The position numbers and the translations under genes are program-made. The notes beneath the pieces were generated by a model. That model ran no database searches and had not been told where the DNA came from. It saw only the letters and a list, made by a program, of their open reading frames with translations. DNA of 64,000 bases from assembly GCF_964355755.1 (NCBI RefSeq), contig NC_092671.1:35412304-35476303 (forward strand), written 5' to 3'. Numbering within the stretch: the stretch's first letter is position 1; the number at the start of each line of letters is the position of its first letter. Origin of the DNA: Antedon mediterranea (taxonomy: Eukaryota > Animalia > Echinodermata). Of this stretch, positions 50,001-59,043 are shown one piece after another.

Positions 50001-51284
50001 AAGATTATTTAGTATTTTTGTACATCAGTCGACTACAGTAGAGTATGCAATATAGTTACAAACTTTACTAATTTAAAATTGTATTATTTTTAATAAAATG
50101 GTAAGTAAGAGGATGGGGATTACAGCCTGTTTACACTACAGTAAACCTTTTACTCATCAAGATGATTGGAGTGTCTAGTACAAGGGATCGACAGCTAAAA
50201 CCAAAAGTGAAATCGAAAGCAAGACATGTTCTCTATAAAGAACTACGAATAGTTGGAAGTCTTTGCCAAAAATATGATTGAAGCTCAAATTTTAAAACAA
50301 TTTAAAAACTGTACTAAAAAGCACTGGTCTAACCACCCGTTAAAATACAGCCAATATTAATCAAATCAACGATGTTCTGGTCAAGAGGGAAAGAGAAGCA
50401 TTAATGCTTTAAGTCTTAAAATCCAGAGAGATCCTGGTAGATAGAAAGATGATAGTGAATAAAAACAATCAATATGATAAAGCATCTTACATCGTCGCGC
50501 CATATAAAATAATGTGTTTGATTTTTGGTAACAGATTTCTTGTTCGACGGGTTAATAATAATAATGCACTTGTCAATTGTATGACCTACTATACGACCCC
50601 CGGGAGAGGTGCGTCATGGGTGCGTCATTTACAAATAATTACTGACGCAGGGGTGCGTCAAAAAACCTAGATGGTACTGTACGTCATATCAATGAACAAG
50701 GTGTGTCAATGTCCGTCACTTTACCACCCACCATATCCATAAACAACATGGTCACAGTGCGTCAAAATGGGTGCGTCATGGTCACCTAAAGGTAAGTCAC
50801 CTTTTTGACGCACGGGTGCGTCATGGTATTCAAAAGTATGACGCACATCGGACAAATGACGCACCTCTCCCGGGGGTCGTAGTATAGTGGGTCATACAAT
50901 TGACAAGTGCATAAGTATAGTATGAATATTTAGGCTAAACAGTAAATAGCAATAATTATAATCATGATTATCAACACAATGTAATAAATAATTATATAAA
51001 AATGTAATATAGCTAATATAAATAATATTAATAATTTAATATTTATTTATTTATTTATTTTTTAAACTTACCGAAAATCCTGCCCAATATGGGCAAGCAT
51101 TTCTAATTCGGTTAGAAGTTGACATTGCAAAAGCTGTGAAGCTTATTGCAATGATTATTAACCCGAGTAAAATCTGACTAATTCCAAATCCAAGTGTAGC
51201 CCGTCTTGGGCTAGGACGTGATATCACCCTACGAAGCACTACACGGTCCGCTTCTGAAATTATTCCTGTCCGCTCGTTATCCAT
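11227..51284 (-). CDS. ENTREP: ENTREP/FAM189 family 4-TM membrane protein, join of 5 coding exons, ~1016 aa
   Basis: Exons join in frame through canonical GT-AG, all phase 0 (71+19+114+98+714 aa). The N-terminus [24 protein letters not shown], Cys-rich loop, VPPPPYSPPEY, the C-terminal block DAKKLLSRFLYQSGC...DDRYMAEVLHSA and terminal RETIL match vertebrate FAM189A1/A2/B as I recall them. Paralog cannot be assigned. Confidence 0.9.
14060..14250 (-). mobile_element. Probable LINE 3' end with (AAT)n tail
   Basis: (ATT)n run followed by a stem-loop-like segment gggagt.ggaacct...aggttccgtactccc. Confidence 0.35.
15060..15390. mobile_element. Kolobok-like MITE family H copy
   Basis: agatgtattgtcccc start, ggacaata end, colinear with 200-515. 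Confidence 0.7.
17201..17414. mobile_element. MITE family A (Harbinger/Tourist-like, TWA flanks), copy with four 21-bp internal units
   Basis: TIR AGCTCTGTCTACACTATCAAACT...AGTTTGATAGTGTAGACAGAGCT; ~17 copies in the window. Confidence 0.85.
17528..17821 (-). CDS. ENTREP: ENTREP coding exon 4 (three PPxY WW-binding motifs)
   Basis: Acceptor ctttcttcag, donor GAG|GTATAC, 294 nt; PPPY, PPEY, PPPY. Confidence 0.88.
18110..18790. repeat. Diverged ~230-bp tandem triplication
   Basis: Recurrent attctattcc...cttcctcctac...agattctaaatttaaccattt. Confidence 0.7.
19421..20003. mobile_element. Kolobok-like non-autonomous element
   Basis: TTAA TSD; AGGCCAGGTGCGGGCA / TGCCTGTACCTGAGCT imperfect TIR. Confidence 0.65.
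20837..21241. mobile_element. MITE family A copy with ~240-bp insertion
   Basis: Both TIRs, TTA on both flanks; foreign segment ~20910-21150. Confidence 0.8.
21275..21351. repeat. 19-bp CpG-rich tandem repeat, 4 copies
   Basis: gatgtg(c/t)ggccgtcggcgt. Confidence 0.9.
22023..22290. mobile_element. MITE family C (TIR AGCCTGGTTTCCAT, TWA flanks)
   Basis: Terminal inverted repeats; near-identical copy at 43898-44163. Confidence 0.85.
23543..23698. mobile_element. MITE family A copy
   Basis: Both TIRs and core. Confidence 0.85.
24936..25067. repeat. 20-bp tandem repeat, ~6.5 copies
   Basis: cacatacagtacagtaggct. Confidence 0.92.
26110..26289. mobile_element. MITE family B copy
   Basis: Near-identical to 6329-6507, TTA flanks. 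Confidence 0.85.
29088..29426. mobile_element. Harbinger-like MITE
   Basis: TIR AGGCCCATTTACACTAGGACGAT / ATCGTCCTAGTGTAAATGGGCCT with extended imperfect arms. Confidence 0.8.
30117..30658. repeat. ~185-bp tandem triplication
   Basis: Three copies of ttgatgaaattgcaatcgtataataacag...aaccctgccatgaaagct. Confidence 0.9.
32023..32183. mobile_element. MITE family A copy
   Basis: TIRs, TAA flanks. Confidence 0.8.
34456..34797 (-). CDS. ENTREP: ENTREP coding exon 3 (TM3, Cys-rich loop, TM4)
   Basis: Acceptor ttctctttcacag, donor AGG|GTAAGT, 342 nt; VTFFTFLSAICVILHLVGAVL...CLCC...C...CIYFVRKHTSRR. Confidence 0.9.
35104..35245. mobile_element. MITE family A copy abutting a family B copy
   Basis: Both TIRs; family B starts 3 bp later. 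Confidence 0.8.
35249..35402. mobile_element. MITE family B copy
   Basis: TIRs agcttggtttccactag / atgggaaccaagct. Confidence 0.8.
36128..38168. mobile_element. Non-autonomous Tc1/mariner(pogo)-type element, 2041 bp
   Basis: TIR CAGTAC(C/A)GGACAGAATTATTGCA, TA TSD on both sides, subterminal GTTGA/TCAAC repeats, no transposase ORF. Confidence 0.85.
38266..38821. mobile_element. MITE family A copy interrupted by a Helentron/HINE
   Basis: Left TIR 38266-38285, remainder resumes at ~38686. Confidence 0.8.
38286..38685 (-). mobile_element. Helentron-associated non-autonomous element (HINE/DINE-1-like)
   Basis: Asymmetric subterminal inverted repeat TACCTCCGCC/GGCGGAGGTA, (AAAC)n(AGAC)n microsatellite, hairpin CACTC-cga-GAGTG near a CTAG end, inserted in an A/T run. 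Confidence 0.8.
38871..38990. mobile_element. MITE family A, partial copy
   Basis: Left TIR and core. Confidence 0.75.
40856..41106. mobile_element. MITE family A copy with 5-6 internal 21-bp units
   Basis: TIRs; repeated gcctaaatatggtagtgatat. Confidence 0.8.
42685..42873. mobile_element. MITE family A copy
   Basis: TIRs, TTA flanks. Confidence 0.8.
43737..43793 (-). CDS. ENTREP: ENTREP coding exon 2 ([19 protein letters not shown], TM2)
   Basis: Not in ORF track. Acceptor ctttcag, donor GCT|GTAAGT, 57 nt, continues the family motif GFS-x-xx-G-xx-G-xxxWK-x-P. Confidence 0.88.
43898..44163. mobile_element. MITE family C copy
   Basis: TIRs, TAA TSD. Confidence 0.85.
44238..44398. mobile_element. 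MITE family A copy
   Basis: Both TIRs and core. Confidence 0.8.
45380..45940 (-). mobile_element. tRNA-derived SINE with Deu/Nin-like domain, interrupted at ~45610-45850
   Basis: A box TGGCCAAGCGG, B box GGTTCGAGCC, body agtcttctcggataaggac; homologous to 46800-47312. Confidence 0.65.
46800..47312 (-). mobile_element. Second copy of the Deu/Nin-like SINE, containing a nested plus-strand SINE
   Basis: Colinear with 45380-45940 (catatgctg, ttatgataagt, aaagtgcacatga, tccttatccga, gatgttatggcta). Confidence 0.65.
46958..47173 (+). mobile_element. tRNA-derived SINE with (TACAAA)n tail
   Basis: A box TGGTGTAATGG, B box GGTTCGAG, core tccttaggcaag, tail tacaaatacaaatacaaa. Confidence 0.65.
47350..47615. 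repeat. ~62-bp tandem repeat, ~4 copies
   Basis: attaatgtctattcacatgcttt...agaccaagaaatgttcatgt. Confidence 0.85.
47929..48104. mobile_element. pogo/Tigger-like MITE
   Basis: ta|CAGTCAAC...GTTGACTG termini. Confidence 0.6.
50100..50450 (+). mobile_element. Degenerate 3' end of a CR1-type LINE
   Basis: Frameshifted translation RTTNSWKSLPK..MIEAQILKQFKN..KKHWSNHPLKY resembles the CR1 ORF2 C-terminus (WNxLP...FKxxLDxxW). Confidence 0.55.
50562..50914. mobile_element. Unclassified long-TIR MITE rich in TGCGTCA
   Basis: ~55-bp TIR ATGCACTTGTCAATTGTATGACC...CCCCGGGAGAGGTGCGTCA; TSD not resolved. Confidence 0.8.
51072..51284 (-). CDS. ENTREP: ENTREP coding exon 1 (MDNERTG...[8 protein letters not shown], TM1)
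   Basis: ATG at 51284 (aacATGG), hydrophobic LGFGISQILLGLIIIAISFTAFAM, donor TCG|GTAAGT; 213 nt. Confidence 0.88.
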
Positions 51285-52401
51285 GTTCAACAGTGGTACA
51301 CTCGTTCGTCTTAGGCCTACACACTTCTGATTTCTCTGGCTTTTAAATCAATTCATTTTGTTGACTTCTTTACACAGACACACTACAACAGTCAACCATA
51401 ATAGCATGGTATACATCATAAATGTACCATGATGCTGTAATTCTCTATTTAGTTCAAGTTATATTAGCAAATGTAAGACGCCAAAGTTTTCTAGAGTTAA
51501 TCCGGTAACGACTTGAATGTAGTGCCCGACCCACAGTAACTGACACTCAACCGCAGCATTGGTGGCCGGCGGAGGAGGAGGAAGAAAGGATAGCAGCCAT
51601 CATAATGTAATGGGCTTGGAAAATTGAATTTAGAATAAATGCAAACCGTTTGAATTTCAGTGCCAAATTCTACATGAATTCCTCAAAATATGCTGATAAT
51701 ATTGCTGAGATACTTATATCATGATCCATTACATTCCAAGAATACTTTCATGACTTTTTCTTCTAAACACAGACCAAACAAACGTCGAAGAATAAACATT
51801 TAAGTTCAATCACAGTTCGTGCTTGAAAACTTTGGCAGACTCCTCGATCTCCTATATTTCCAGTTTATAGAGAGGGCGACAAATATACAATTCTGATAAT
51901 CAGGTGATAGCGACAGGGTTTTCTTATCAATGCAAAATCAATTTTAAACCATTGTACGATTTAAAAGCCTTTAAGACACAGATTTGTTTATAATAAAAAT
52001 TAGTTTGGTCGAGCTAGTTTTTTTCAGTTGCTTTATTTACCTCTGAGTTTTTCATTTTCATAGTACAGTATGTTACACTCAGTCATCAGAACTATGTTAT
52101 TCACATGAACTCATTTCATTACCATAAAAAAAGGGATTTACACCAATTTCCTTAATTGATTATCCCCATTCAACCACACCCAAATGGATTTAAAATGCCA
52201 CTGTCTGTTTTAAAAACACTGGTTCTTCAGTAGGCGACCAATCGGATTGTACCTTAATGTTACAAAATCTCTGCATTTTGTTTTTTAGTTTAAATTATTG
52301 CGATAAATGTACATATCACTGGAGGTATCCATAACAGAGACTACTCTTTCAAGTCACCCCTTCTCATAATACCAAAATTGTGAGAACAATTTAATAAAAT
52401 A

Positions 52402-52543
52402 CAGTAGAGCCCCTAATAAGGGGACAAATTTGATACTCAAGTGTCACTGGTTTTAATAGGGTTTAGGTGCAGTGCTATTTCCTCTCAGTTTATTTCTTAG
52501 GAAAGTGTTCCCTGAATAGGGATGTCCCAAAAGAGGTCTACTG
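52402..52543. mobile_element. pogo/Tigger-like MITE
   Basis: ta|CAGTAGA...ggggaca / tgtccc...TCTACTG|ta. Confidence 0.65.
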
Positions 52544-53530
52544 TATTTTTTAAAACCATACAACCATTGTAGATACAAGCGGGTGGGTTTCTCTACCATA
52601 CATAATTTAACAGTATTAATTAAAAAAGACTTATTATATTATTGTTTAAACGGAAAAATCAGGGTTTAACACAAAGAGAACTCTAATTAAAGGAAGACTG
52701 GTTTGTTACAATTCTAATATCCATTTCAAGTGTTCATTTTCCTTAATCAGATTGAATTATTTATTTATTTATTTTATCCAAATCTTGTAATATTTGGCCT
52801 ATTTTGACCTCATAGGCCTTCCATACATCCTTGCAGGAATACCCTGTCTCACTCGCTACAATTTTTATTTAAATAAACAGATGAATTTATACATAATGCT
52901 TAGGACATCACAATTGAAATTATTAAACACAAATATGATTACAGTAATACATAGGTGAACATTAAATCTAAAAGCACCAAAGTATCTAAATATTAATTTT
53001 TTAAATACAATATTCAAAGTAAATATGCGCGAATATTATATGGATTGTATTCGTGATTGTCAACTTGAAGTGACAACCTCTAGTGGTGGTCATCCTTACT
53101 ATGGCTACATCTAGACAATGACCACCTCTAGAGTTGGTCAACTTTTGCAAGTGGTCTTATTATAATGACCACACATAGTAAATAACCTTTAGTCACTATT
53201 ATACCCCTATTTAACGGTCAAAATGTCCACTCACATTCAGTGACCCCTCAAATTTCTAATAACTACTTTACTGACAACCCCTATTTAATGGTCATTTTAT
53301 TAAGTGTCCACTCACATTCAGTGACCACCCCTGAATTTCTAATACCTACTTTACCATGAGTGACCATCTAATGTCCATAAGAATATTCAGAATTTGTTTG
53401 CTTAAAAATTGTATGTTTGTATAGCTAACTACAAAACCATGACCAATTAATCATGCGGTTAAAGTACTGTATATTAATAGTTCTAATATCTACTATTCAG
53501 CCAATGGTATCACATCAGGCAGATTGACAT

Positions 53531-53692
53531 CAGGCCGGATCCAAGGGTGGGGCGCAGCAGCCCCCCCCCCCCCCTAAATTTCGCAAATTGTAATGCAAAA
53601 GGTAGGACATCAAATTAATCTCAGCCCTTCATTTCACCATTTTTAGGCCCTGGGTCCTCCCTCCCTACTTTAGAATCCTGGATCCACCACTG
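53531..53692. mobile_element. hAT-like MITE
   Basis: CAG..GGATCCA / TGGATCC..CTG termini, internal G/C runs; no clean 8-bp TSD. Confidence 0.5.
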
Positions 53693-54029
53693 TCACATCT
53701 TGATCCCAGTTCCACACATTTCTATCTTCAAACACAATACGCTATTTATGCCTTGCTGTTGACAAAATCTAGTACTTCTGAGCAATGTGTATAACTTATT
53801 AATTTTGGCTTTACATTTACTGAGAGGTTAGCTACTGGATACCTCTGTAGATTACATCAGGGAAAAGAAAATTTCACTACATTTTACTTTTTTAAACCTT
53901 CTAGTTGGGTGCTTTACCAAAGAACTTATAACACAAGAATCTCCTGCTCGTCCAAAGCGCGTAACAATTTTGAAAGGCATTGTGGAATAGAATAGAACTA
54001 ATGGGTGGCGCCATTGTGAGCCATGGAGT

Positions 54030-54181
54030 ATCAAATTAGAAAGTCAAAATCATAGAGGGGATCTGCTAATACTCTAAGGGGGTAGAGTAATTGACTGAGG
54101 AGTAGGGCGCCCACATCAAATTAGAAAGTCAAAATGAATAGAGGGGATCTGCTAATACTCTAGGGGGATAGAGTAATTGAC
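54030..54181. repeat. ~83-bp tandem duplication
   Basis: atcaaattagaaagtcaaaat..atagaggggatctgctaatactct..agagtaattgac twice. Confidence 0.85.
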
Positions 54182-55188
54182 TTCCTAGTTTGGAGGGGGC
54201 GCTGCTCCATGCTGTGAAATGGCGTCACCCAGTTTGACCTTTTAACCCTGTACTTCCGATACTGTGTTTTGAATGTGAACAGGAGATTCTTGCGTTATAA
54301 GTTCTTTGGCTTTACCTACATTGTAGGGTCAACTAATTGTAACTTTTCAATAAACTGCTATGATACTGCAATTAAAATGCCCATGTTTCTATCTGTATAC
54401 ACTGTTACCCTTTTCAATGGTGTATGGATGAATATAATTTACATAGTGTAGAATATAGCAAAATATAAATGTTAGATTGTCAAATTTGCATTCCGTCATC
54501 TTGTTCAGTACACAGAATCAAGAAACAAAACATAAAAAAAATAAAAATCTGTAAATTAATATCTGTTTTTATTGCACCTCATCATGCAGTAAGTATTGTA
54601 AAATGTACATTATTAACAGCACTTATTAGACAAAATGTTTTCAAAAAAACTGTCTCCTAGTACAATCAAACACGACCATCATTCTACACTGTGTGTACCC
54701 ACATTCAGCTAATAAATTAACATATTAAATTGTAATAGTTATGGAGTATAATTACTATTCTTCAACTAAAAAATAGATAACTTATATATTATGCAAAGAT
54801 ATTAAACATTTTTTACACCAATATTTATATATATATACTGTATATAACAAAAATTAATGGTAATGACGTATATCTTACTTGGCTCAAAATCCGATATCAG
54901 GTTTGGGAAATCTGACGAGACAGTAATGGATGTAATATGGGACATTTTAGAAAATTTGAAGAAGAAAATCGGGAACATTGTTTCTTAAAAAAAAATGGTC
55001 TCCAATTACCAGATTGGAATTTGGAACAGAAGCCGGGAAAAGTTTTTAAAAGGCCTTCACAAATTCTAATCAACCATTTCATATTATATTATACAACACA
55101 TAAATAAATTCCTGTCATTTGATTGGACAATTTGGTGAATGATGAAAGGTTATATTTCCTTTAACCTTTCATTCTTCACCTCATGGAA

Positions 55189-55290
55189 TTATTTGTACCA
55201 TTCCACTCATAAACATTCATTATTTGTACCATTCCACTCATAAACATTCATTATTTGTACCATTCCACTCATAAACATTCATTATTTGTA
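55189..55290. repeat. 31-bp tandem repeat, ~3 copies
   Basis: ttatttgtaccattccactcataaacattca. Confidence 0.9.
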
Positions 55291-55715
55291 TAATATAAGA
55301 TGCTAATAGATAGGCATATCATTATAAATGTGTTTTTTTACTTTTACTATACCCCCCTACCCCAACAGAATTTAAATAATTTAGTAGAAAACTAAATGCC
55401 TGATAAGAAATGTAATTCTTTATCTTGCTTGTTTGAATATCCCCATTTAGGTTTGCTCAACAGACTCCTGTGGCTAAGGTCACCTATCACACTAAAGTGA
55501 GATCCTTTAGTATTTCACTTAAGTCAATAAATATATAAGAATTACATTTAAGTGGCATTCATTTGGATATGACAATTGTTAGTATGTTTCCCTTCTACGT
55601 AATTGGTGAATATGGTCACTGAGATTTTCTAAGTCCAAATTTGTCCATTTACATGTGGCCTAAACAATCTGAACTGTATTGAATCAGTATCATCATTGGT
55701 ACAATGAAACCCTAA

Positions 55716-55852
55716 AGCTCTGTCTACACTATGAAACTTTATGTGCTGTGCTCATAGTAGTGGCCAAATATGGTAGTGATTTGACATCATCATGTCCATA
55801 TATGGGCACATCAAAATTTTATCACATAAAGTTTGATAGTGTAGACAGAGCT
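55716..55852. mobile_element. MITE family A copy
   Basis: Both TIRs and core. Confidence 0.8.
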
Positions 55853-56254
55853 TTAGGCTCTAATCCACTAGTAAACTAGTACCTCTATTGATTTACTGTA
55901 AATCATTAAAACTATAATTCACAGGACACCTGTGAATTAGCATATGCATAATATATAGACACCTGCCAATATCATGTTTCTTGATTAAAAGTTGTTCTGT
56001 AACTTCTCATGTTTAACAACAATACGGCACACAAGTAAGAAAGTGATATGAAATAACAGAGGTGAAAGGATTATCACTGCAAAATATAAAACAGAAAATG
56101 ATTTAGTGTGCAATAAAGAGAGTGAAATGCTACAAACAACTACAAAAACAAATTGCAAGAGAAATGATTGTGTGCTTAAAGGCCAATTTACACAGACTAG
56201 CGGTAACGGTAAGCGGGTAACTATGTAGAATCTGTATCTATCCTGAGCGGAAAC

Positions 56255-56791
56255 GGGTATTGCTAAACACCGCAAACCTCCAAAAAACATAGCAAACCCC
56301 ACGGAACCAACAAAAGTGATTGAATCATGTAGTGTACAACCCACTGGGTATATTCATGTAAAAAAAATATTAAATTTTTACTGTTAACTACTTATTTTTG
56401 GGGTAAAACATCATTTTTTGGTCCAAAATGATTGCTAATTTTTAACCAAAAAATGATGTTTTATCCCCAAAATAAGTAGTTAACAGTAAAAATTTAATAT
56501 ATTATATATTTTATATTTTATGTACACTACATGATTCAATCACTTTTATGTTGGTTCGGTGGGGTTTGCTATGGTTTTTTGGAGGTTTGTGGGGTTTAGC
56601 AATCATTTTTGACCAAAAAATGATGTTTTACCCCAAAAATAAGTAGTTAACAGTAAAAATGTAATATTTTTTTTACATTGATATACCGAGTGGGTCGTAC
56701 ACTACATAATTCAATCACTTTTATGTTGGTTCGGTGGGGTTTGCTATGTTTTTTGGAGGTTTGCAGGGGTTTGCAGGATTTAATAATACCC
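56255..56791. mobile_element. Foldback Mutator-like element, 9-bp TSD
   Basis: AGCGGAAAC at 56246-56254 and 56792-56800; GGGTATT/AATACCC termini; ~175-bp module once forward, twice inverted. Confidence 0.8.
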
Positions 56792-56837
56792 AGCGGAAAC
56801 TGCCTGTATGCTCTATGTTGTGTGTAAATGGTCATAA

Positions 56838-56977
56838 AGCTTGGTTTCCACTACGACGCAACGCAAGAACGTAGACGCAACGCAAGCGAGTTGACCAATC
56901 ACACGCGACTGTTCAAATAATCCATCGCTTGAGATTGGTCAAATCACCTTGCGTTGCATCTTAATGGGAACCAAGCT
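56838..56977. mobile_element. MITE family B copy nested in the 56180-57036 element
   Basis: TIRs and arms as in family B. Confidence 0.8.
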
Positions 56978-57669
56978 TTAGGAATAACATAGATTTATTT
57001 TTATTATCATTACCGCTCATCTGTGTAAATTGGCCTTAATGCTCTACATAAATCTGAAAGATAAGCATTTTATACTACACAATAGATACCATGCTACAGT
57101 ACATAGAATCTAACACACAAACTTCTAACACAAGCTGTGATACTGAAAACATGGGCCTGATGTATTATATCATAGGCCTACATTAATAAACAAATTGCAG
57201 ATATACAGTGAATAGTGCTATGCAGTACTTCCAAGCTGTCCAGTTATATTTTCATATTAGAATATTTTGAGTGGCGCATAATGCCTCCTAAAAATATCAC
57301 CATCGGGCTAAATGATGCAATAATATGTTTGATAGATTTGAAAATTAATTTGACGAAGAATGTACTATTAAGTTGGATGAATGACAAGGTTTAACTATTA
57401 TATGCAATATGGGTTATTGCCACCAGCATACCTATAAATATTATTTGCATAATTATGAATTTGAATATGGTTAAGTGTTTATCGTCTTCATAATTCTGAC
57501 CACATGTTGTTATAAAAGGCATAGAAACACAAAATATAAAAAACAAAATAAACTTAAAACACAAAACAAAAAATATTTTCTTTGAAACATAAATAACTAT
57601 GGGACGTTGGTATATTCTCCACTTTAATTAAAACTACACACAACAGAGTGAAGAGATACAGTATACACT

Positions 57670-57755
57670 TGATAGAGTGGGACTATCAAACAGAAATGTG
57701 ATAGAGTGGGACTATCAAACAGAAAAGTGATAGAGTGGTTCTATCAAACAGAAAA
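57670..57755. repeat. ~28-bp tandem repeat, 3 copies
   Basis: tgatagagtgggactatcaaacagaaa. Confidence 0.85.
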
Positions 57756-58754
57756 CTAGTTACAATTAAACAAAAAGAAACAAATGACAGGAAAACACAA
57801 ATGTAAATGATAATTAAAAATATAGGTCTGCTTTCAATGAAATCAAAAAATAAAACAAACAATTAATGATGAATTATCAAGAGTCGTTAATTGCAAGTAT
57901 GATTTTTAGTTTCAATATTCCTGGCTGAAAATAAAAGCAAAAAGAAGTAAAAAAAATATTAAAAGCTCGGATTACCAGCAATGTTGTTAGCTGTGCCTTG
58001 CAATTAGCAAAAATCTATATTATTGTATAAACACATAGTGATGGAATGTGACTATCTATCAAATGAAGGCACGGATTTAGGCAGCCCCTCCCACTCCAAC
58101 CCCCGGCCTAAAATTTAACCGCCATGTCTTTTTGAAATAAAAAAAAACAAACAAGGGTCAAATTGGCTGCCACCCAATGGATTTTTGGTTGAATTTAACG
58201 ATTTATAATGTTATTTTATAAGGGAAAACTTTTTTTTTTTTCATTTTTCTTTCTACAGAAGTGATTAACTTGATTAAAACTACAAAATAACCTACTGAAA
58301 GTGTTCATGTTTTTGGGGGACAATACATCTTAAAATATAAACAATTTTATAAAAATTAGCTCATTCATGTAACATACATCGTACAATCATATATATTACA
58401 ATCTTTTACAATAATAATGTTAGTAAAAATTATATTAACTAGAAATTAGAAGTGAAGTGTTGCGAGCAGATCTTTATTTGGACATACCAGGTTGTTACAA
58501 GTCTCTGGACATACATATGCCTCATCTCACCTGGTTGTGTAACACCAACCACGGTATGATTATGTTAGTAGCACATCCAGTTAATAATTACATAAAATAA
58601 ATGATATGTTATCACAGTGCAAAATGAAAGAAATCTTACCTTCAAATAAGGTTTCAATGTTAGTGTAATTAAACAGAAAAAAATAACAAAACAATTAGAC
58701 AGTATAACAGTGACATAATGCATAGATAAAATACACATTGTTTACATTGTATAA

Positions 58755-58920
58755 AGCTCTGTTCACACTATCAAAAAAGTGTGATATGACCAAATATGGT
58801 AGTGATATGCACAAATATGGTAGTGATATGCACAAATATGGTAGTGATATGACATCATGATGTCCATATGGGCATATCAAATGTTGTTGTCGCATAAAGT
58901 TTGATAGTGTAGACAGAGCT
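58755..58920. mobile_element. MITE family A copy
   Basis: TIRs, TAA flanks, three internal units. Confidence 0.8.
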
Positions 58921-59006
58921 TAAGACATGCATTCAGAACAAAGATGTTTAGACAAAGAAACAAAGCACAATTTATATTTTTAAGGGCTATCATATTTTAT
59001 TTATAT

Positions 59007-59043
59007 CATGGAGGTATAAAATAAATTATTTTATACCTCCATG
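59007..59043. mobile_element. 37-bp perfect palindrome with 7-bp direct flanks (minimal P/Galileo-like element)
   Basis: CATGGAGGTATAAAATAA-A-TTATTTTATACCTCCATG flanked by TTTATAT on both sides. Confidence 0.6.

Larger units (their letters stand above)
56180..57036. mobile_element. Harbinger-like MITE hosting two nested insertions
   Basis: TIR AGGCCAATTTACACAGA / TCTGTGTAAATTGGCCT, TAA TSD. Confidence 0.8.

Noticed and set aside
54879-55070. Possible non-coding 5' exon of ENTREP (donor CAA|GTAAGA; acceptor-like ttttccaag near 51615)
   Set aside because: Splice-like motifs only; cannot be supported without transcripts.
58630-58700. Minus-strand cactaac...tttgaAG|GTAAGA resembling a recursive splice site
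   Set aside because: No evidence the region lies in an intron of either gene; a single motif match is expected by chance.
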